38,805 bases of DNA from a virus (lineage: Duplodnaviria > Caudoviricetes), in IMG/VR virus record IMGVR_UViG_3300046804_003142, positions 1 through 38,805 of that record; one strand, written 5' to 3'. Below are positions 23,449 through 33,074 of the stretch, piece after piece. Below the pieces are notes generated by a model, which saw only the letters and a program-made list of their open reading frames with translations, was not told where the DNA came from and ran no database searches. Each line of letters begins with the position of its first letter. Within the stretch, counting starts at the first letter, position 1. A program made the position numbers and the translations under genes.

Positions 23449-25881
23449 ATGGGATTACCTGTCGAAGTCAATAACTTAATGATGGGTTCATTAGGTGGCT
23501 ATACCATAGGTCGTAGCTTGCGCTTTCGCTCGTCTTCTAGTGCGTATCTGAATAGAACTTTAGGTTCGCCAAGCAGAACTACAAATACAATTTCTTGTTG
23601 GGTAAAACGAGGCAATTTAACTTCGTCATATGGCCCATTATACTTTGCCACAAATTGGAACTCTGGTGTAAACTTTGAAGGAAGTGGTGGGGCAGTACCA
23701 GATTCAATTCAAATCATTGATGCGTCTAATAGTGCTGGTAGCACTTATTATGTTGATATAAGAACAAGCCAAGTATTTCGTGATCCGTCAGCTTGGTATC
23801 ATCTTGTTATTGTATATGACACAACAAATGCAACATCATCTGATCGCATTAGATTATATGTTAATGGCGCACGAGTTACTAATTTTCAAACGGCTACATA
23901 TCCATCTCAAAATCAACAATTAAATTTATTTGCTCCAAGCGAACCTTGGAGAATTGGTTCACGCGGTTGGGGTAGTGTCTTCTACCTTGACGGATATATG
24001 GCAGAATTTAATTATATTGACGGTCAAGCACTTACGCCATCCTCATTCGGTGCCTACGACACTAACGGCGTATGGCAACCAAAGAAATACACTGGCACAT
24101 ACGGGACTAATGGATTCTATCTTCCGTTCAGCAATACAACTAGCACGACTACTCTTGTGCAAGACTCGTCAGGCAACGGTAACAACTGGACACCTAACAA
24201 CATCTCGCTGACTGCTGGCACAACATACGACAGCATGATTGACTCGCCTACGGTGAGTGCAAGTTCGTCTAATTATTGTGTTGTTAGCCCTCTTGCTTAT
24301 AGAACAACAACTCCAACACCAACAATATCAAATGGTAATTTGACTGTTGTTTGCCCAAGCGCATCTGCATCATCTATTGGAAGTTCCACATTCGGCGTTT
24401 CTTCTGGAAAATGGTATTGGGAAGTAACAAAAACAGGAACATCATACGCCAATGTGGGTGTTGCATTAGCGCCATTTAGTCAAACTGTTTCAGGTATTTA
24501 TGATTTTGGTTACGCATCAAATGAGTATGCCTATGTTAATAATGGCAATAAATACAACAATAATACAGCAAGTGCTTATGGTGCAACTTATACTAATAAC
24601 GACATAATTGGTGTAGCATTAGATTTGGATGCTGGAACATTAACGTTTTACAAAAATAATGCCAGTCAGGGTACCGCTTATAGCGGATTACCATCAGGCA
24701 CATATATTGTTGGATGTTATGATAGTTATAATGGTTCTGGGTTTGAATTTAACTTCGGTCAACGCCCATTCACTTACACCCCGCCAACTGGCTTCAATGC
24801 GCTGAATACATATAACTTACCAGCACCAAGCATTGCTAATGGCGCACAGTATATGGCGGCTACGACTTGGACTGGTAATGGCACAAGTCAGACAATAAAC
24901 AACGGAAATAACACTACGATTGGAACTAATTTTCAACCGGACTTTATTTGGATTAAAGATAGGTCAACTGCGTCTGCTCATGCTTTGACTAATTCTATTG
25001 TTGGAACAACAAAATATTTAGAATCAAACAGCACAAATGCTGAGACTACCGATACAACATCTGTAACTGCAATAAATTCAAACGGATTTAGCTTAGGCGC
25101 AGGAACATCAACTTACTATACAAACAGAAACGGAGATTCATTTGTTGGCTGGCAATGGAAAGCCAATGGCGGCACAGGCGTAACCAACACCTCTGGCACC
25201 ATCACATCTACCGTGTCGGCTAATCCTACGGCTGGGTTTAGTGTTGTGACTTATAGTGGGAATGGAACAAATGGCGCTACTGTAGGCCATGGTCTTGGTG
25301 TGACTCCAGCATTTGTTATTATGAAAAGCCGCAGTTTGACGGGTTCATCTCCTTCATCAAGCTGGATTTGTTGGCATCAATCTATTTCACAAGCAATTCA
25401 AACGAGTAGCACTATTCAACTGAATACTTTTACGGGTGCAATTTATTTGAATCTTACAAGTGCATCTTCAACTTACGGAATGGATGCTCAAATAAATGCT
25501 TCTGGTCAAACCTACGTCGCCTACTGCTTCGCCGCTGTCTCTGGCTATAGTGCGTTTTCTAGTTATGTTGGGAACGCAAGTAGTGACGGCCCATTTTGCT
25601 ATACAGGATTTAGACCGCGTTTTCTTTTAATTAAATCAAGCACTACAGCACATGCTTGGGAAATGTTTGATACGTCAAGAGATACATATAACGCGGCTTA
25701 TCAGGAACTTGATGCCAACTCATCAAACGCAGAATACACAGCCGCAGGTGGACAGTTAGACATTTTGTCTAACGGGTTCAAAGTGCGTTATGGATCAAGT
25801 GGGTTTTTAAATGCTTCAGGTCAAACTTATATATGGGCGGCGTTTTGTGAAAATCCGTTTAAATACAGCAGAGCTCGATAA
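23449..25881 (+). CDS. Receptor-binding / tail fibre protein with ConA-like lectin (LamG) and SPRY-like domains
   Basis: SLRF..S.YL.RT, FRDPSAWYHLV, YGTNGFYL.F, SGKWYWE, IGVALD.D.G.L.FYKN, PDFIWIK.R and GFRP.F.LIK. Confidence 0.85.
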   Translation: MGLPVEVNNLMMGSLGGYTIGRSLRFRSSSSAYLNRTLGSPSRTTNTISCWVKRGNLTSSYGPLYFATNWNSGVNFEGSGGAVPDSIQIIDASNSAGSTYYVDIRTSQVFRDPSAWYHLVIVYDTTNATSSDRIRLYVNGARVTNFQTATYPSQNQQLNLFAPSEPWRIGSRGWGSVFYLDGYMAEFNYIDGQALTPSSFGAYDTNGVWQPKKYTGTYGTNGFYLPFSNTTSTTTLVQDSSGNGNNWTPNNISLTAGTTYDSMIDSPTVSASSSNYCVVSPLAYRTTTPTPTISNGNLTVVCPSASASSIGSSTFGVSSGKWYWEVTKTGTSYANVGVALAPFSQTVSGIYDFGYASNEYAYVNNGNKYNNNTASAYGATYTNNDIIGVALDLDAGTLTFYKNNASQGTAYSGLPSGTYIVGCYDSYNGSGFEFNFGQRPFTYTPPTGFNALNTYNLPAPSIANGAQYMAATTWTGNGTSQTINNGNNTTIGTNFQPDFIWIKDRSTASAHALTNSIVGTTKYLESNSTNAETTDTTSVTAINSNGFSLGAGTSTYYTNRNGDSFVGWQWKANGGTGVTNTSGTITSTVSANPTAGFSVVTYSGNGTNGATVGHGLGVTPAFVIMKSRSLTGSSPSSSWICWHQSISQAIQTSSTIQLNTFTGAIYLNLTSASSTYGMDAQINASGQTYVAYCFAAVSGYSAFSSYVGNASSDGPFCYTGFRPRFLLIKSSTTAHAWEMFDTSRDTYNAAYQELDANSSNAEYTAAGGQLDILSNGFKVRYGSSGFLNASGQTYIWAAFCENPFKYSRAR

Positions 25882-25890
25882 GGAGTAATC

Positions 25891-26337
25891 ATGTTTCTTC
25901 TCAACGGTTCACCACTTCAAGTCGATGTAGCGTTCAGCTACAATGGAATTTCTTATCCGGCTAATTGGATGCGGCTTACAACGCTTGCTGAGAAAGAAGC
26001 TATCGGCATCACAGAGGTTCCTGATCCAGAACGGTATGATGACCGTTTTTACTGGAACTTCGGCCTTCCTAAAGACTTAGCTGATCTCAAGAAGTCATGG
26101 AGCCAACAGGTCGATAACATGGCCTACACCATGCTCCTCCCATCAGATTGGATGGTCGTTCGCAAACAAGAAACTGGCACAGAAATCCCCGCTGATTGGG
26201 CTACATACCGCGCTGCCGTTCGGTCTGCCGCTGCTACCCACAAGACTGCACTGAACGCGGCTACGGATATTGACGGGTTCGTCTCCGTGGCTACAACTAT
26301 GCAATGGCCTCGTGACCCTAAAGCTCCAGCATTGTAA
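25891..26337 (+). CDS. Tail fibre assembly chaperone-like protein
   Basis: YPANW.RL.T..EK.AIGI...D.RFYW...L..SDW.V.R..E...W..YR.AVR...WP; follows the fibre gene. Confidence 0.7.
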   Translation: MFLLNGSPLQVDVAFSYNGISYPANWMRLTTLAEKEAIGITEVPDPERYDDRFYWNFGLPKDLADLKKSWSQQVDNMAYTMLLPSDWMVVRKQETGTEIPADWATYRAAVRSAAATHKTALNAATDIDGFVSVATTMQWPRDPKAPAL

Positions 26338-26349
26338 TAGGAGTAAGAT

Positions 26350-26553
26350 ATGTCTGATGATCTGAACCAACAAATCGGTAGACTAGAAGCTCATGTTGAG
26401 AATCTTCATCGTGACATGTCTGAGCTAAAAACAGAACTGAAAAACATTTCTGCCATGATGCACAAATGGAAGGGCGCAGGAGCAATTCTTGCGCTCGTAG
26501 GCATTGTGTTTGGCTTCTTTGTAGATATGGCCTTCAAACTTGTTGGTAGATAA
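26350..26553 (+). CDS. Coiled-coil plus C-terminal TM protein (lysis-region accessory)
   Basis: IGRLEAHVE.L..D..ELK followed by GAGAILALVGIVFGFFV. Confidence 0.7.
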   Translation: MSDDLNQQIGRLEAHVENLHRDMSELKTELKNISAMMHKWKGAGAILALVGIVFGFFVDMAFKLVGR

Positions 26554-27029
26554 TGGACCCAGTAACGCTCATTGCGACAGCAACAGCCGCGTACAATGGG
26601 CTGAAGGGTGCCATCGCTGCCGGTAAAGAAATACAGGAACTCGCGCAGGATCTAGGGTCTCTGTGGAGTGCTGTAGGTCAACTTACGCATCTTGCCGCAT
26701 CACCGCCAAAGAAGCGCTTATTCTCTAATCCTGCCGATATAGAGAAAGAGGCAATGGAGCGCTATGCAGCGAAATCCAAAGCCTTTCACATGCAGGCTGA
26801 GATCAAGAATCTCTTCATCTCTGTCTATGGCTTACCTGCTTACGAAGCGGTGCAACGCGAAGTGATCGAGATCCGCAAAGAGGCAGACCGTCAGCACCGC
26901 GAAGAGGAACGCCTTGCCGCAGAGCGTGCTGAAGAACTGAAAGACGCGGCAGGATTATTCTTCATCGTTATGGGTCTAGTTGTAGCTATGGGCATTACAG
27001 GTTTTCTGTTGCTCATCAAATTGCACTAA
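26553..27029 (+). CDS. Membrane protein with a C-terminal TM segment
   Basis: MDPVTL.A.A.AA..G.K.AI..GKEI amphipathic N-terminus and a hydrophobic C-terminus. Confidence 0.75.
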   Translation: MDPVTLIATATAAYNGLKGAIAAGKEIQELAQDLGSLWSAVGQLTHLAASPPKKRLFSNPADIEKEAMERYAAKSKAFHMQAEIKNLFISVYGLPAYEAVQREVIEIRKEADRQHREEERLAAERAEELKDAAGLFFIVMGLVVAMGITGFLLLIKLH

Positions 27030-27041
27030 TAGGGGACACTC

Positions 27042-27539
27042 ATGGATCTACTCAAAACTTTTGGCCCATTAGTCAGCTCAGTCGCGCCGACGATTGCTAC
27101 GGCTCTCGGCGGTCCTGTAGCCGGTCTTGCTGTAAAGACCTTATCTAATGCGCTTTTCGGTCATCCTGATGCGAATGACGATGAGATCAAACTCGCACTG
27201 TCAAACCCTACGGCAGAGCAGTTAGCGGCACTGAAAAAGGTAGACGCTGACTTTAAGGTGCAGATGAAATCTCTGGATATAGATCTGGAAAGAATTGCTG
27301 CCTCTGACAGAGATAGCGCCAGAAACTACGCAATTATGACCCATGATCTGACACCGCGTATCTTGGCGGTTATCGTTGTCGTGGCATGGGGATGCGTCCA
27401 GTGGTTCATGCTGCACAATGTGATTGAGGCATCGATGCGCGAGTTGATCGCACGCGTTCTCGGTACACTTGATGGCGCGCTGATGCTCGTCCTGTCCTAC
27501 TATTTCGGATCGGCCCATCGCCATACGGATGGCAAGTGA
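27042..27539 (+). CDS. Putative holin (3TM-holin-like)
   Basis: APTIATALGGP.AG, DRDSAR, two C-terminal TM segments ending YYFGS; directly upstream of the endolysin. Confidence 0.65.
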   Translation: MDLLKTFGPLVSSVAPTIATALGGPVAGLAVKTLSNALFGHPDANDDEIKLALSNPTAEQLAALKKVDADFKVQMKSLDIDLERIAASDRDSARNYAIMTHDLTPRILAVIVVVAWGCVQWFMLHNVIEASMRELIARVLGTLDGALMLVLSYYFGSAHRHTDGK

Positions 27540-28075
27540 TGCGCGAGAACTTTGACCACTGCCTTGCAGCCGTACTGAAACATGAAGGCGGTTACGTTGA
27601 CGACAAACGCGATCCTGGCGGAGCCACCAATCTCGGCTGCACCAAGAAGGTTTGGGAAGAGTGGGTCGGTCACGAGGTGACTAAGGACGATATACGCGCA
27701 CTCACTGTCGCTGACGTGGCACCGCTATACAAGAAGAGATACTGGGATGTTGTGAATGGCGATGAGCTGCCTTCTGGCGTAGACAGTTCTGTGTTTGACT
27801 GTGCGATCAATTCTGGCACGGGACGAGCGGCCAAGATCGCCCAGAAGATCTGCGGTGTGGCACAGGATGGAGCAATAGGGCCAGCGTCTCTTGCCGCGAT
27901 TAAGCGCATCTGTGACGAAGAAGGTGTGCGTTATTTCATTGAAGAGTATAACGACGCGCGATTGCGCTTTCTACAAGCACTGCCGACCTTTGAGCATTTC
28001 GGTAAGGGTTGGAGCAAACGCGTTTCTGAGGTAAATATAGCGTCACTCGACCTTGCGCGTCGCGGAGATTCCTGA
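27536..28075 (+). CDS. Endolysin, glycoside hydrolase family 108 with a PG-binding domain
   Basis: HEGGYV...DPGGATNLG...Y..RYW...LP.GVD..VFD.A.NSG...Q...G...DG.IGP...F..FGKGW..RV. Confidence 0.93.
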   Translation: MMRENFDHCLAAVLKHEGGYVDDKRDPGGATNLGCTKKVWEEWVGHEVTKDDIRALTVADVAPLYKKRYWDVVNGDELPSGVDSSVFDCAINSGTGRAAKIAQKICGVAQDGAIGPASLAAIKRICDEEGVRYFIEEYNDARLRFLQALPTFEHFGKGWSKRVSEVNIASLDLARRGDS

Positions 28076-29808
28076 TGCCGTTAGTCCCGCTCACCATCCC
28101 ACCTGGCGTAGTCAAACCGGCAACCCCGCTTTTGGCTAAGGGACGCTATTGGGATGCAAACCTGATCCGGTGGCGGTCAAACAAATTGCTGCCTGTCGGC
28201 GGTTGGCAAAGAATTACGCAATCACCATTAGCAAGCACTGTGCGTGCGCTATTCCCAGTCATGGCTAATGATGGCTCCAGCTGGTTGATGATCGGCTGCG
28301 AAGATAAGCTCTATGCAGGTGAAGCATCAACTTACACAGATATAACTCCAACAGGTTTTGTCCCTGCCGAAAGCGGTCTTTATGGCGGTTATGGCGCTTA
28401 CAATTACGGTGCATTGCTTTACGGTGATGACACAGATCCGACATATCCGCGTCCACCAAGCCAGTTGAGCGTTCCGTCATTCACATGGACAATGGATAAC
28501 TGGGGCGAAGATGTGCTTTCAGTAGCATCGTCTGACGGTCGTCTATTCATCTATCACCCTAATGATGCAGAAGCCGGTATTGTTGGCTATGCAGACATCT
28601 CTTCAATTAACAGAACAAGTAACGTAGTTACTGTTACGACAACACTAGATCACACATTCAATGTTGGTCAGAGTGTTATCATTGCAGGTGTGACGACAAC
28701 ATCATTCAATGGCACATTCACTATAACTGCAACGCCAACAGCCAATACTTTTACTTACGCACAAAGCGGAACTAATGCCACGTCTTCTGGGGGCACTGCA
28801 ACTCATCCAGGTACGCCAACACAGAATCGCGGTGTAATTGTAACACCAGAGCGCCATGCTGTTCTTTTCGGTATGAACGGAAACCCACGCCGTGTTGGAT
28901 GGTCTGACGCGGAAGACTACGCCGAATGGGATTTTGCTTCAGCTACAAATACTGCCGGTTTCTTTGATCTTGATACGCAGTCTCGCATCATCATGGCTGC
29001 ACCGGTGCGTGAAGGTACACTCATCTGGACTGAAGATGAAGCATGGCTCATGCGGTATACAGGATTGCCATACATCTATGGGTTTGAGCGTATCGGTTTT
29101 GGATGTGGCTTGCTCGCACCTAGATCTTTTGCAACATTTGGTGGTCGTTGCATATGGATGGGGCGTGAGAATTTCTGGATCTATGACGGTGGGTATGTGA
29201 AGCCATTGCCGTGCGATGTAAACGAGTATGTCGTTAATAACATGGACCCAACAGCAGGTGAACTTTATACGCATGGCGCAGAAAACGGTCTCTTCCCAGA
29301 GGCATGGTTCTGGTATCCGTCTGTTGGTTCATCTGTCCCTGACCAGTATGTGATTTTCAATTACGCTGAGGGATGGTGGTCTATCGGTTCAATGACGCGC
29401 ACAGCATCTTGCGGTGCAGGTGTATTCCCTTACCCGATTGCGGCAGATAACACGAACGACCTTTTCTATCACGAGAACGGATGGACCAATAATGGCGCAT
29501 CTCTTGTCGGTGAGCGTTGGGTTGAAAGCGGATCTCTTAATCTGCAACAGGGCAATAATGTCTTGATGGTCAAACAGGCTTTGACAGATAGCGGTTACGG
29601 ATATGACTCAACTGCGTTGCAGTTTTATACGTCCTACACCCCAGAAGGCACAGAGACACTGTCTTCAGTCTATAACCCGCGGTCTAACGGATACACTGAT
29701 GTCCGTGTTTCAGGACGCGAGATGCGCATCAGGCTAGAGTCGACTCAGGATGCTCCTTGGTCGATTGGCGAGACGCGGTTAGATCTGGTTCCGCGAGGTG
29801 GGCGATGA
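28075..29808 (+). CDS. Tail tube / packaged-DNA stabilisation (gp10-like) beta-propeller protein
   Basis: L.IPPGV...GR..D.NL.RW, W..DNWGE, WSD.E...W...TNTAG, Y.G.PY.YGF...GCG; inserted TT..H.F..GQ.V.I.G...FNG.F.IT beta domain. Confidence 0.75.
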   Translation: MPLVPLTIPPGVVKPATPLLAKGRYWDANLIRWRSNKLLPVGGWQRITQSPLASTVRALFPVMANDGSSWLMIGCEDKLYAGEASTYTDITPTGFVPAESGLYGGYGAYNYGALLYGDDTDPTYPRPPSQLSVPSFTWTMDNWGEDVLSVASSDGRLFIYHPNDAEAGIVGYADISSINRTSNVVTVTTTLDHTFNVGQSVIIAGVTTTSFNGTFTITATPTANTFTYAQSGTNATSSGGTATHPGTPTQNRGVIVTPERHAVLFGMNGNPRRVGWSDAEDYAEWDFASATNTAGFFDLDTQSRIIMAAPVREGTLIWTEDEAWLMRYTGLPYIYGFERIGFGCGLLAPRSFATFGGRCIWMGRENFWIYDGGYVKPLPCDVNEYVVNNMDPTAGELYTHGAENGLFPEAWFWYPSVGSSVPDQYVIFNYAEGWWSIGSMTRTASCGAGVFPYPIAADNTNDLFYHENGWTNNGASLVGERWVESGSLNLQQGNNVLMVKQALTDSGYGYDSTALQFYTSYTPEGTETLSSVYNPRSNGYTDVRVSGREMRIRLESTQDAPWSIGETRLDLVPRGGR

Positions 29809-30020
29809 ATATCTTCATTCCGAACCCACCACCTGCCTATAACCCTTCGCCGTTTGCGACAATCTTTGACACCATCAAAAGAGCTATGACTTTTGCTGTT
29901 TCGACCGAGGAAGCAGTCGCAGGCATACTCCTTCAAAGTCCAGACGGATCGGTGTATAAGTTGACTGTGGACAACGCAGGAAATCTCGTAACGACGGCGG
30001 TGCCCCTTGGGTCTCGATGA
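29805..30020 (+). CDS. Small virion protein
   Basis: ATGA overlap with the upstream gene; LQSPDG..YKL.VDNAG.L motif. Confidence 0.7.
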   Translation: MNIFIPNPPPAYNPSPFATIFDTIKRAMTFAVSTEEAVAGILLQSPDGSVYKLTVDNAGNLVTTAVPLGSR

Positions 30021-30372
30021 AAAGCAAATCCTGAAACTCCTTGAGTCAGGGATGAAGAAAGGCGGTTATACGCACAGCATAAAAGACATAGTTGAGGCGC
30101 TTAAAGACGGTCATATGCAGGCTTTCTTAAACGACGGGGCACTCGCTATCACCCAAGTGGTAGACTTCCCCCAGAAGCGCGTCCTAGAGGTTTTATGGTG
30201 TGCCGGTGTTCTCGATGAAGTGATGAATCTAAAGTCAAAGCTCGTCGAGTTCGCCAAAGAGCAGAATTGCACAATGGGTCGAGCGTATGTTCGCCCCGGT
30301 CTGGTAGTACCAATGGAACAAGCAGGATGGCGCAAGGCTCAAACTGTTATGTTCTTCGATGTGGAGAATTGA
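30007..30372 (+). CDS. GNAT-like small protein preceding the ejection genes
   Basis: ITQV..FP.KR.L....AG.L.E......FAKE..C.....RPG; position is typical of podoviruses. TTG start is uncertain. Confidence 0.65.
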   Translation: MGLDEKQILKLLESGMKKGGYTHSIKDIVEALKDGHMQAFLNDGALAITQVVDFPQKRVLEVLWCAGVLDEVMNLKSKLVEFAKEQNCTMGRAYVRPGLVVPMEQAGWRKAQTVMFFDVEN

Positions 30373-30373
30373 G

Positions 30374-31516
30374 ATGAGCGGTGGATCAGGACCAACAACG
30401 ACACAGACATCCTCTGTCCCTGCTTGGGTAGAGCAGTTCGGCCAAGAGAATGTCCAGATGGCGAAAGACATCGCGAAGACCCCGTATCAGGCTTACTCTG
30501 GCGAGACAGTTGCGGCGATGACCCCTGACCAGCAGGCGGCATACAATATGCTGCGCCAGAACATTGGCGCGTATCAGCCTGCCTATGCCTCTGCTCTGCA
30601 ATCAGCGCAAGGTGTCGCCCAGTACCAGCCCGGTCAGTTCTCCGCGCAAGCGTTGCAGACATACCAAGACCCGTACCAAGCCCAAGTCGAGCAAGGGGCG
30701 CTTGCGGCGATTGAGCGGCAGCGGCAACTCGCACAGAACCAGATCGGTCAGAGCGCTCGCGCAGCCGGTGCTTTCGGTGGGTCTCGCCAAGGTGTGCAAG
30801 AAGCACTCGCCAACGCAGAAGCTATGCGCATTGCCGGTGAAACGTCTGCCGGTATCCGCTCGCAAGGTTTCCGCACAGCAGCAGATCTCATGGCACAGGA
30901 CCAAGCGCGTCAGGCAGCAGCTGCTCAGTTGCGTCTTGCCGGTGCCGGTCAAATCGGCGCTCTTGCCGGTGCTGGTCAGCAGGCGCTTACGAGCGAAGCT
31001 GGTGCTCTCGAAGCAGCAGGCAAAGCGCAACAGGCACAGCAACAGGCGCTTCTCGATGAGGCTTACCGTCGCTATGCGGAAGAGCGTAACTACCCGTTGA
31101 CGCAGCTCGGTATCCGTCAGGCAGGGTTGACCGGGGTACCTTACTCCACGACCACATCCTCGACGACAAGCGGTGGTGGTAATCTCGGCCTCACGGCGCT
31201 CGGTGGCGCTGGTCTCGGTGCTCAGATCGGCGGTCTCATTCCTGGCCTTGGTGCTGGTTATGGTGCTGGTCTTGGGACGCTCGCCGCGTTTCTCTCAGAT
31301 GAGCGCATGAAAACCGACATCGAGAAGCTCGGCAAGGACAAGGAATCAGGTCTCACGATGTACGCATATCGGTACAAGGGCGACCCGAAGAGCTACCCGA
31401 AGGTGGTTGGCCCGATGGCGCAAGAGATCGCGAAAAAGTATCCCGAACAAGTGAAGAAGGTCGGCGGCAAGCTGGCTGTGAATCTCGGTTTCGGTCCCAT
31501 GATGAGCAACGCGTAA
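30374..31516 (+). CDS. Ejection/pilot protein with a C-terminal S74 intramolecular-chaperone-like domain
   Basis: Q/A-rich helical body (GAFGGSR.GV), glycine zipper, then SDERMKTDI...Y.YRYK...GPMAQE. Confidence 0.8.
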   Translation: MSGGSGPTTTQTSSVPAWVEQFGQENVQMAKDIAKTPYQAYSGETVAAMTPDQQAAYNMLRQNIGAYQPAYASALQSAQGVAQYQPGQFSAQALQTYQDPYQAQVEQGALAAIERQRQLAQNQIGQSARAAGAFGGSRQGVQEALANAEAMRIAGETSAGIRSQGFRTAADLMAQDQARQAAAAQLRLAGAGQIGALAGAGQQALTSEAGALEAAGKAQQAQQQALLDEAYRRYAEERNYPLTQLGIRQAGLTGVPYSTTTSSTTSGGGNLGLTALGGAGLGAQIGGLIPGLGAGYGAGLGTLAAFLSDERMKTDIEKLGKDKESGLTMYAYRYKGDPKSYPKVVGPMAQEIAKKYPEQVKKVGGKLAVNLGFGPMMSNA

Positions 31517-31526
31517 AGGCAACACA

Positions 31527-33065
31527 ATGGCCGAAGATACACAGAGGTATCGCGAAACTGTAAGCAATCCGCGTGCGGGTGACACACCGGGCTTTGGCAC
31601 GGGTGGCGGTGGCTCTGTTGGTGGCGGTGGTGGGTATGGATCGTCAGGTGGTCTCTTAAGCGGTGGTGGCGGTGGTGGACGTGACGCGTCTGTCATGGCT
31701 ACAGAAGCCGCTAACAGGGCCGCGGGAGCCGCTCGTGCGCAAGCCGCGGCACAGCAAGCCTATATCGCATCTCAGCCTGCCACTGGCCCTGCAACGCGTG
31801 GCGGTCCCGCGGTCGTGGCTGCTCAGATCGCTCGTCGCAATCAGCTGATCAATGACTTTGTGCGCAACACGGCAATCGCCGAGTCAGGCGGTGTTGCTAC
31901 AGCGAAGAACCCACGCTCGTCAGCTACCGGGTTACACCAGTTCACCAAGGGCACTTGGAATAAGATGGTCGAGACCTATCGCCCAGACCTATTAGAGGGT
32001 CGGACGAAGCAAGAGGTTCTCGCATTACGGACTGACCCAGATCTTTCGACGGAAATGGCAACCTATCTCGCACGCGAGAATGCCGACTACCTTGAGTCGC
32101 GCGGGTTGCCGGTTAACGAAGGGTCTCTCTATCTCTCACACTTCCTCGGTTCTGGTGCAGCGGCAGATGTGTTGCGCGCATCTCCTGATACGCCAATCAG
32201 CGATCTCGTTGGTGCTGACGCGATCAAGGCAAATCAGAGCATCCTTGGCGGTGATCGTACTGCGGCAGATGTTGCGCAATGGGCATCGAACAAGATGTTT
32301 GCCAGTGCTCCTGCTGCTGGCGCTGCGGCTGCTGGCACAGCAACTCCAAGCATTCGATATGGGTATAAGCCTGGAGAAAGCACATTCGCTCCACCGCAAG
32401 TTGAAGCAGCAAAGCCTGCTGGCTTTCTCGATCAGATTTTTGGTGGGCCGCAAGCTCTCAATCAGCGCATCGCTGATCTTGAAGCAGCAGGTATGACTTC
32501 GACCTATCCAGATCAAAGCGCTGCTTATGCAAAGCAGGCATACGCAGACCAGTTTGCCGGTGGCGATGTTGGCAAGGTGAAGTCGCGCATTGTTGATTTT
32601 GGTCAGGGTCCGGTGGTGGACTATTACGTTAAGGATCTCGGTGACGTTGCAGGGGAAGCTATCAGTGGGTTGCTCGGTGGGATCGGCAACCTGTTTGGAG
32701 GTTCTCGTGATAAAGCAGTACGCGGTCCAAATGAAGCGTATGGCGGTTCAGCTATCGCACCTGGCAGTATTTTCGGAAATCTTTTCAGTGGCACTCCTCG
32801 TGCTGATTATGGGCCTTACGGCAACCTCACAGCGGAGCAATATCGTCAGCAATATGGCGGCCGCGATGTCGCATCATTGGCACCTGTTGCACAAGCACCG
32901 GTAGTCGCAACTCCGCAACAAGTGGCACAAAATCTGACTGCTCCAGATCTGGCTCGCAGCCCATATCTCTGGCAGCAATACTATAACCGTCTCCCGCAAA
33001 ACTATGGTATTGAAATGGCTCAAGCACCTCTGATGGGGCCAACGATACGCGGAATTTTCTCTTAG
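31527..33065 (+). CDS. Ejection protein with a lytic transglycosylase (lysozyme-like) domain
   Basis: IAESGG...AKNPRSSATGLHQF..GTW...LYLSHFLG; Gly-rich N-terminus. Confidence 0.82.
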   Translation: MAEDTQRYRETVSNPRAGDTPGFGTGGGGSVGGGGGYGSSGGLLSGGGGGGRDASVMATEAANRAAGAARAQAAAQQAYIASQPATGPATRGGPAVVAAQIARRNQLINDFVRNTAIAESGGVATAKNPRSSATGLHQFTKGTWNKMVETYRPDLLEGRTKQEVLALRTDPDLSTEMATYLARENADYLESRGLPVNEGSLYLSHFLGSGAAADVLRASPDTPISDLVGADAIKANQSILGGDRTAADVAQWASNKMFASAPAAGAAAAGTATPSIRYGYKPGESTFAPPQVEAAKPAGFLDQIFGGPQALNQRIADLEAAGMTSTYPDQSAAYAKQAYADQFAGGDVGKVKSRIVDFGQGPVVDYYVKDLGDVAGEAISGLLGGIGNLFGGSRDKAVRGPNEAYGGSAIAPGSIFGNLFSGTPRADYGPYGNLTAEQYRQQYGGRDVASLAPVAQAPVVATPQQVAQNLTAPDLARSPYLWQQYYNRLPQNYGIEMAQAPLMGPTIRGIFS

Positions 33066-33074
33066 GAGCGCATA

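Noticed and set aside
25495-25830. DGR template/variable repeat pair (AATGCTTCTGGTCAAACCTAC vs AATGCTTCAGGTCAAACTTAT)
   Set aside because: Only 21 nt, both copies are in frame in the same gene (NASGQTY), the differences are synonymous and not adenine-specific, and there is no reverse transcriptase.
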